A DNA stretch of 61,280 nucleotides, the filler included, from Jimgerdemannia flammicorona (lineage: Eukaryota): the NCBI GenBank assembly GCA_003990765.1. It is 2 parts of 2 records of this genome, joined end to end, with 100 filler letters (N's around TTAATTAATTAA, not from the genome) between each part and the next. Parts side by side here need not be neighbours in the genome. Positions count along the whole stretch, not along the records: positions 30,691 to 61,280 come from RBNJ01000437.1; 1 more part is not named here. One strand, written 5' to 3'. The position numbers and the translations under genes are program-made. The notes under the pieces are model-generated. The model worked only from the letters and a program-made list of their open reading frames with translations, was not told where the DNA came from and made no database searches. Shown in pieces: positions 53,035 through 61,280 of this stretch. Numbering within the stretch: the first letter of the stretch is position 1; every line of letters begins with the position of its first letter.

Positions 53035-54642
53035 ATGCTAGCGCTTATCCCAAAACCTGTGTCGACCCCCATGTTTGGCTCCAAAATCAATTTCTCACCA
53101 CCCGCCTTCACACCCGCCTCACCACCCGCCTCACCACCCGCCTCCCCAACAGCCTCCGTCATGTTTGCGTCGCCGGGATCCTCGTCCGCGCACGATTTTA
53201 GGAAACCAAAAATGCGCCACGCAGAGACGTGGCCACGCAGGTCAAGATCAAAACCGAGGTCGAGGTCACGCAGTCGATCAAGAAGGATGAACAAAAGCGA
53301 TATGGATGAAAGTGGCACAAGCGAAAACAAGATTGGTTTGTGCATGTACGCCCTAAAAACGATCGCAGGATATGGTCGCAGTTTTCTGACTCACATTTGT
53401 GCCTCTTCATACACAATTGCTAGGTATATTTTTTAGGCGATTAGGGGAGATTGGCGATAGGGTGGTGTGAGGGGGATGGGATGGTAATATAAATGTAATG
53501 TACCATTTCGTTCTTTTTCTTCTCGTACGCGCCTTCCTTTTTCTAGCTACGTCGTCCCTCCGATTATGGTTATGCTATTATTTATAATAATTCGGAGGGA
53601 TTTTTACGTGAAGGTCGAGGAGCAATCGAGCGGTATATATACTTATTAAAGCTACGTACTCAAAAAGGGCATGTTTTTGTTATTTACCTTTCCTTATCAA
53701 ACCATTTCTCCTACATACATATATATATATATATATTGCGCACCAAAATCAAGAGATTCTTCAAAATATCGCTCGGTGCTCCAAGAACTACTTGGAAAAT
53801 GAATGTGCTAATTCCCCCGTGCCGGGTATGAAAGAAAAATGCAGTAGGTGGGCTTCCTGTATGGAACAGGACCCGACTAACGTGAAGTGGTATGTATTTT
53901 TAATGCAGCTCGTCTGGCTACCCCTCCAACCACATGTCTGGTTTTTCGATTCGATCTGTATTCAGTTGACAATGCAAATTCTGTTGCTTTGATTGTCGCA
54001 GGGCCAAGGCGTTGTTTGAGACCTTTGGGGAAATTATCAACGGCTTCGTCGAGCCTATGTCCAAGAAGACCATGGTGAGCTTTCGTCGTTTTTTGACTCC
54101 CGGTATTAATCCTCTTTTTATCCATCATACCCAAGCAATCTCGCGGAATTCTGACTCTCTCTCTCTCCTTCCCGGTATTTAAAAAAACACTACAGATTTT
54201 TTCCTTCCTTCTCCTCATTTGCTATATCGCATTCCGTATCTTCCGCTCGTGGCATTATTCCCATGGGAGCGCCAGCTACCACCCCCCAAATAACATGCAC
54301 GGTGGCATGGGCTCTGGCATGCATATAGCGGGGACGCCGGTAGGGACGCCGATGGGGATGCCGGTGGGGACGCTTATGGGGGCGCCGATGGGGACGCCGA
54401 TGGGGACGCCGGTGAGAACGCCGATGGGGACGCCGGTGCATAACTACAAGGGTGAGCTGCTCACGAGGTGCCAGCGCGCGGGCATACCGGACCCAAAGTA
54501 TACCGTTAATAAGGAGGGACTGCAGCATGCGCCGCAGTTCGAAGCGGAGTGTAGGGTTGGCAACTATATAGGCAGAGGCATCGGGAAGAAGAAAATTGAG
54601 GCCGAGCAGTGTGCCGCAAAAGATGTGTTGCAGACTTGGTAG
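53035..54642 (+). CDS. Brr6/Brl1-family nuclear-envelope protein fused to a C-terminal dsRNA-binding motif; 5 exons, ~376 aa
   Basis: Exons 53035-53423, 53547-53632, 53754-53889, 54002-54074 and 54196-54642, all GT-AG with consistent phases. Spliced product: TM - RDFYVKVEEQSSEILQNIARCSKNYLENEC..PVPGMKEKCSRWASCMEQDP..AKALFETFGEIINGFVEPMSKKTM - TM - (GTPM/V)9 - NYKGELLTRCQRAGIPDPKY..G..HAPQF...GKKKIEAEQCAAKDVL. Confidence 0.85.
54331..54438 (+). repeat. 12-bp coding minisatellite, 9 units (GTP[M/V])
   Basis: GGGACGCCG(A/G)TG units in the linker before the dsRBD. Confidence 0.9.
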
Positions 54643-57600
54643 ACGGGGTGCCGGTGCTAATGAGTATATCTAGTTCATCAATACCACTTTGTTATCTGAG
54701 CTAAACAGTCACGCAATTCAGTTTGCTTCCTAAGTATACCCATATTTATTTACTGTTCAATGTGGCTAATAATGGCTGACGGTCCCTCTGGTTATTGATG
54801 TCAATGTGCACGTCTTGACGAACATTACTCTTTGTCCTCTTTGTCCTTTTTATCCTGTCTTGTGTTGCTCCCTTTTTTCCTTGCTTTGCGTTTCTCCTTA
54901 TCATTTTGCAAGGTTCCTTTTCATCTTGCCTCGCAATGTTCTATTTCATATTACCTTGCCTGATTCCTTTTCATCCTGAGATTCTATAAAAATCCTATCT
55001 CCAAACTCTTCTTTCTCCCATCAAGCATACTTGGTCGCTGACACAGCGGCGTTCATCCATCTCTACAATATCAATCATGTTAACCCAGGCCTCCACCCGA
55101 GCAATATCACAAGAATATAAACACACAGAAACAATGGACAGTCATCTGGGTCTACGAGAAGGACGCGATTACCTCCTGCGATAACTAGATAGGAGGCCTC
55201 AACGTCTGCTCCCTAAATCCTGGCGTCCACTATGGAGTCAAGATAGAGATATTAATGATGTCCGCGGGGTCGTTCTCCGGGCTTTACTGGATGGAGCTGT
55301 CCCTAGGGACACCAGTTCAACATATGATGATTAGGTAGTATGGACTAGTAATGGCCAATTATATCCATATGAGTCTGACTCAGACTATAAGTGTGTCCAC
55401 AAGTGACATCATAAAACCTCGTTCTTGGTACTAAACCAGACACAACTGGTGCAGATTTGCATTTCGGTTGTTCTTGTAATGAGTAATATGAGTCATGATT
55501 ATATTTCACGGGAATACATGAATCATCCACTGAGTTGAACTCGAAATCAATTGTGGAAAATTAATTTGGAGGTTTGGGTTCTTGTCATTGATTATTTTCC
55601 AAGCCTTTCCTCTCATATCTCTAAAAAAATTACAATACTTCTTATGAACTTTGCCACTTGGTGAAAACGTGCTTCTCATTGCTGCGGTTGAGTTCGTCGA
55701 TTGCAGCCAACTTGTTTTTGCAGAAGTCAAGGCATCTCATTTGTAGGCAATTTTTGTGGAGTCCATAAGGTTGCGAGCTGAGAGGGTCGTCATTTCTTCA
55801 TGTTGCAGACCCCACCGCCATATCAGAGTGCCAAATCCCCCAAATCATATTGACCGAACGCGAGAAAAAATGGCTGTTCTGGCTATTACACTTCTCACGT
55901 GGCCAAATTCCGACGTAGTTCTATCGTTTTGCTCTTCCGTGTACAACGATTCATTTGCGGAGCATGGGGCCCGCCTCCGGGTCCCGTTCCCAGTTTATAT
56001 TGTTGATAGGGTGCATAAGTGGTTTATATGTTTACCAGGCATTCTATCGTCATTCGGCATAAGACATTCCCCTATCGACGTATGCGAGACCATATTTCGC
56101 ATAATTAGTGATTGTATAGGCGATACCGCTAGGCCAAGAAACGTATTATTTTGTTTCAGGAGTAGAATTACTACGTGGAAGTATTTGAAAAGCCTAGATA
56201 CTACTGTCAATCCCTTTGGGGGAGCACGAGATGCACTAAAAATGAGATGCATCGTCAGCTTAGGCGCTCGAACTACAGGTAATAAACAAGGCTACGCATA
56301 CACAAATAAGTATAGCAACGATGTGAGCCACACTTTCATTGGCGCGATGAACAACACTCCCCAATGTTGTAGCGGAGAACAGGCTCCTCGTTGACTAGAA
56401 CTCTGGCTGCCAGTTTGGAAAAGTACCGAGAGATCCCAACACCAATATGCTTCTGCTTGCTGTCACCCTTGGCGAAGGGAGAATGATAATTCAATGGCCA
56501 AGATGTATAAATCATAAATCACGCCACGTGCTGCTGTCAAAATCCTGGGGTTGTGTATCCGTCGCTCATCTTGTGTTCATCCTAAGCAGGCAATATTGTT
56601 ATGGGCAACTCAACTTTGAGAAGTGACGGGAGGTCCAAGGAATGGGTCCCACGCCCTCGTTATTTGACCGGAGCAGACAATTCTGGCACAGTTGTGCAAT
56701 AATGTATTAACTAAGCAAAGCAGGTGGTCTGCAAATACCAAGTGACCGGGAGGGGCGGCAAAAGGAACTATTCCTCCCCAATCCCTTAGCATTCGTTACT
56801 GGTATATATATATTGGCCCCATTTTGAAGGCAAAAAACATTGGCAGTGAGATTACAACCTATTGCAATGAAAGCCCCTATCCCCAAACCTCCCACTCACT
56901 CCGGCGGTCAATGGTGAGTTTGATAAGATTCTTCTGAGATCGATGTTGACAAAGTTCTATCAATGGAACTTAACTTGCAGCTCCTTGCATTTTTCTCCAT
57001 ATTTTTTAGCACATGGTGCGGAAAGTATGGCCATACGCGCAACAACTGCGCGTTGCTAAAGTCTAAGTAGCACGATGTGGCCGATCATTCAATACAAGAC
57101 TTCACAAACACGAGAGTCACTACAAACTTTCAATCAACAAGGAATCGGTGATTTAGGGAAAAAAATAAAAAAGAGAGGTCAAATTCTCTTGGTTTGCCCA
57201 CGCAACCACACCTTTGAAGAATCCAAGACCGACCCATGTATGAATTCTTCAAGCTGTAGCTAGTTACTCTTTACCCCAAATAAATGACAGTTGACGTAAG
57301 ACATAAATCGCCCTGTCGTTTAGATATTCTCACGCCAGAGAACCAAATATTCTGTAAGAAATATATCATGCTGGAGGAGCAATAAAGAGCGAGAGTGAAA
57401 ATGACATTAAACAGATCTCTGGTTGAGCTTAAGGTCAAGGGACTATCGGTGGGTTGGAGATAAACTCAGAGGGGATTATTGCAGAGTGCGGAGGGTTTAA
57501 GACATAGGCGACGTAGAAGCGGTGCGCCTTAGTAAGTGGCATGTTGCAAGATGAGGAGCTATGGCCTTGTAGAACAATGGGGCTTCGCCTTCTGAGATGC

Positions 57601-58560
57601 ATCATGAACTTGGGACAAAGCACGTTGGGAGGGGGATCAGAGGTTATAACACTCCGCTTTTATCATCTACCCCTATTTGAGTGCATAGGCCGCAAAAGAG
57701 CGCCGCGAGCGGAGGATGAGGTAGAGAGAAAGGAGGAGGAGAGGTAGATGCACAGCCGAAAGCGCAACCGTGACGATGTTTATGGAAAAGGGGGCGAGCG
57801 TGGTGGTCCAGGTAAGTGGGGTGTGCGCGCTGATAGAAATAAAAGGTTCAAGGACAGCAGTAAACGCCACCATACGGGCGATGTTGGTATGGCCAAGAAA
57901 AGAACGAGAGGATGTGGAGGCGAGTGAACAGAGCGTGAGCGGTGACATTTCTATGAGGTTAGGTTAGTATGATTTATGTAGTAGGATATATGTTCTGGAA
58001 GCTATGTCTAACAGTTATATTTTCAATAGCAAAAGCGGGATGGAAGAAGTGGAGATATTTCTTCGGTGACCGCCACGCACGGATATAAGTATCTGCAGAC
58101 GGTGACGAACCTCGCGGGCGTTCCGTAGCACTGAACATTACCTTTTTCACCGGTTCGGTCCATACATTAGATCCATCACTACAAATATATAAACAAGTTA
58201 ATAAGTCCACTAACAGATATTCAAGCAGGTTTTGGGTAGGCAATGCAGAGCTTGTGTGAAAATTTTCACTTTATATAGAGGAAGTGAAGCCATTGTGCAG
58301 ACTGGAACCAAAGTGAATGTATTGCATTACGCTTATGTATATAACGAGTTGTCGTATTCCTCGAGGTTAGAGCGAGGTTGCGACGAAGAGCACTACAGCA
58401 ACTTAGGTAATGCCGTTGTTTGGAATTGCATACAGTAGCGTGAAACGGAGCGAGGGTTCCTAACACTAGGGTTCGTAATTTGAATTTTTTGTACTATACA
58501 CTCACTCTAAAGCGAGAACAAAATAAAACGATATATGACAACTACAAAACCAAACCCCTC

Positions 58561-60281
58561 TCACTCTAGATCTGCAAAAAAACCTCCCATGTCCCTGGTC
58601 TTACCCTTCTTCCCCTTCTTCCCTCTCTTTCCACCCTTCTCCTCTTCCTCCGTCGTCTTCCCCTTTCTCTTCTTCCTCCCTTTATCCTCGTCTGAATCCC
58701 AATCACTATCGTTCTTCACCCTCGCTTTCCCACTCGCCTGCGCCGACGCGGGAACACGTTCCTCCTCTTCTTCCCCCCCCTCCGGATCCTCCTCTTCCTC
58801 CTTCTCCTCTCCCTCCTCAAACAACCATCCCACATCCCAAAATCTAACCGACAAATCATGCGAGCAACTCCCCAAAAACCTCCGATCGTGCGACAGCCTC
58901 ACCCTCTCAATCGGGAAATCCTCCCCGTGATCACCTACCACCCCGTGGAACGAGTTCGGCAGCACCCCTAGGATCCGAATCAGCCCGTCCGACGACCCCG
59001 TCGCCACCGTGTCCTCGTCTAGTCGGCACACCGTGTCCACCGAGCTAGGGTGGCCCAGGAACCGATCTGACACGTCGCCCCAGTCGCCCCATGTCCATAG
59101 GCTTAGAACGCCTTCCTGCGAACCTACAACGGCTTTTTTGCCGGATTTGAGGAGTGTGACTGATAGAAGCTCATCGTCTTGATTGTCGGACATGGCAACT
59201 AGTTTCGGTTTACGGATGTCCCAGACAGAAAGGAAGCCATCGCCGCTGTAGTGTTGAGAGGACGGCGGAGGGGAAAGTAATGTGGGTACATGGAGGGTAA
59301 GTGATGGCAAGAGTGTTTGGGAGAGATGACATGTGGGGTTCATCAGGCTGTCTTAGCCTAGTACCAAGAGAGGTCAGCACCCAAAACAAGGCGTAATCCG
59401 ACAAAGGTAAGACAAGTACTTACCCGACGGCCACCAATGTCTTCTTCTCTGGCGAGAACGTCATATCCGCGATGAAGTCCTCGTGCTCCGTATACGTCTG
59501 GACTTCCGTCTCCTTGCGCGCGTCCCAAAGCTTTATGTCAATTGTCAAATCGCGCTGTCAATATCGAGATCAAGAGTATGAGGACGCATATCATTAAAGA
59601 AATTCGAACCTTTATGACACCCGCGTCGTCGCCTGTCGCAATCATGTACTCATTGAGGCAGAGGAAGGAGTTGATGGGGTTCCTGAGGAAGTGGCATGGT
59701 ATACATGGGTTAGGGAATTGTGAGGCGAGGGGGGAGGTTAATATAAAAACCGGATGAACGAGGATAACTCACTCATGGGCGTCGGTTCTCTTGATTGTAA
59801 CTTTGCCTGTGTCAACATCGATGGATTGGAGGGATTTGTCTTTGGATATGCTGAAAAGAGCTAATGGGGCAAAGTGGACAGAAGACTGCATGCTCAGTCT
59901 GGGTCGTACGTTTTGAAACTCGGGATCAAGACCGAGAGGAGAGGTACCTCCGTCAAAGAGAGAAGAGACTTGCCTGCACCGTCATGGCTGAACTCCAACC
60001 CCCGGCACGATTTTTTGTGCGGCCGTACTGAGAAAAGCTCGACAGTTTCGTCGATGCCATATCGATAGCTTTGTCGATGATGTAGAGGGAAAAGGTCGAT
60101 GTTGGTTTCGGCGAGCTTCGGAAAGAGACAGTGCTAGGTGTGACGAATGGACTCACCAGTGAACATGGCCATTGATGAGTCCGGCAGCTATAATGTTGTC
60201 TGCGGGATGGAAAGCGAAGTCAAAAACGTGGTCCTTGAATTCGAGGTTCGGGGGTTGGGTCGGTTCTGCGGGATCAGCCAT
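58561..60281 (-). CDS. JIP5: WD40 protein JIP5/WDR55 (ribosome biogenesis), 6 exons
   Basis: Exons 60281-60157, 60068-59974, 59860-59773, 59682-59610, 59530-59424 and 59245-58561. Motifs FDFAFHP, HKKSCRG, ATGDDAG, SDNQDDELLS, WGDVSDRFLGHP and C-terminal FFADL. Confidence 0.93.
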
Positions 60282-60417
60282 GTACGGTGTTTTTCGAAGG
60301 GAGAACCCTTTGCAGACGCATGATTGGCTGCTTCTTTTTTCGATGCCGAGAAAAGCCACCGAAACTGTTTCTTTTTCTTCCGCCGACCTGTAAATACATA
60401 ATTACAAACACATCATA
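60282..60417. promoter_or_regulatory. Short bidirectional promoter region
   Basis: Only 136 bp separate two divergent ATGs. Confidence 0.7.
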
Positions 60418-61243
60418 ATGGATACCTCCATGGCACTAGCCTATCCCGCCTCCAAGTTTGAGGCTGACAACAACCTCGCCGACCAGAACGTTCTGCTCAA
60501 ATATAGGACAGCTGCCGACATCGTAAATGGTACAACTGGAATTGAATGCTCCATGGGTATCCTCATGGCTCCACTTGAACGCGTTATTGACCTTCGCCCA
60601 ACCCAATCTGGAATCTGATCATTTGCAGAGACGCTAAAGCTGGTTCTCAACAGAGTCGCTGCCGGCGCATCAGTGCAGGACCTCTGCCAATACGGTGACG
60701 ACCTGATCGAGGCATATGTACATATTCCGGTTTCTCCTCTTCGGTATGAACTCAATACTTGATAGTAGATCGCTCATATCCTCTTTACGACATCGATCCA
60801 AAACATAAATTATAGACATCCAAAATCTTCAATAAGGGCAAGGTCGAGAAGGGCATTGCCTTTCCCACCAGCGTATGTCTCAATAATCTTGTCCAGTACT
60901 TTTCCCCACAAGCTGAGGAGTCCGACGTACTTAAACCGGGGGATCTGGTGAAGATGTAATTTCTTATTTCCAAATGTTCACGGATGGAATCGGAAATTCG
61001 AATCGGGTTTTATGCTGGTGTAGTCGCACGTATATACGAAATGTCGCCTGACGAAACCTATCCCATTACCCTCTACATAGCGAGCTCGGCGTTCACATCG
61101 ATGGATACATCGCCACCGCCGCCCACACTACAACCCTCAACCACGACCCCGCTCAACCCGTCACCAGCCGCCAGGCCGACGCCATCTGCGCCGCCCATTA
61201 CGCCGCCGAGACTGCGCTACGACTTGCCAAACCCGGCGTCAAG
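60418..61243 (+). CDS. PA2G4/EBP1/ARX1-family (non-catalytic M24 fold) protein, 5' part
   Basis: Exons 60418-60529, 60629-60717, 60816-60955 and 61081-61243. Motifs KYRTAADIVN, KGIAFPTSV, GDLVKIELGVHIDGY and ADAICAAHYAAETALRL. The gene runs off the window. ARX1 versus PA2G4 is not resolved. Confidence 0.9.
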
Positions 61244-61280
61244 GTACGGTAGCCTCCAGGATTTCACTATTCATCTTTTT

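Noticed and set aside
54295..54642. Stand-alone or viral dsRBD gene
   Set aside because: The frame is open upstream to a splice acceptor at 54195. It is the last exon of the Brr6/Brl1-like gene.
55345..58250. Possible genes, including a carboxylesterase-like VPFAAPP motif near 56760
   Set aside because: Fragmented frames with no further motifs and no consistent exon model.

Overview
Eukaryotic, intron-containing DNA, most likely from an early-diverging fungus (Mucoromycota-like; inferred from gene and TE style). An N-padded artificial linker at 30591-30690 splits it. About 1-33860 and 41450-52550 are nested transposon blocks with strong CpG depletion. They hold several Ty3/gypsy LTR elements (two with a related extra 3' ORF), two full-length L1/Tx1-like LINEs with TSDs, hAT-like termini, and a ~9 kb head-to-head palindrome of an endonuclease-deficient Penelope-like element (PLE). 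The PLE has a zinc-knuckle ORF1 joined to RT by a -1 slippery site, and a ~311-315 bp target duplication. CpG-normal islands hold orphan ORFs, an ankyrin/TPR pseudogene, and a 5-exon gene that fuses a Brr6/Brl1 nuclear-envelope domain to a C-terminal dsRNA-binding domain, an architecture I do not recognise. The window ends with a divergent JIP5/WDR55 and ARX1/PA2G4-like gene pair.
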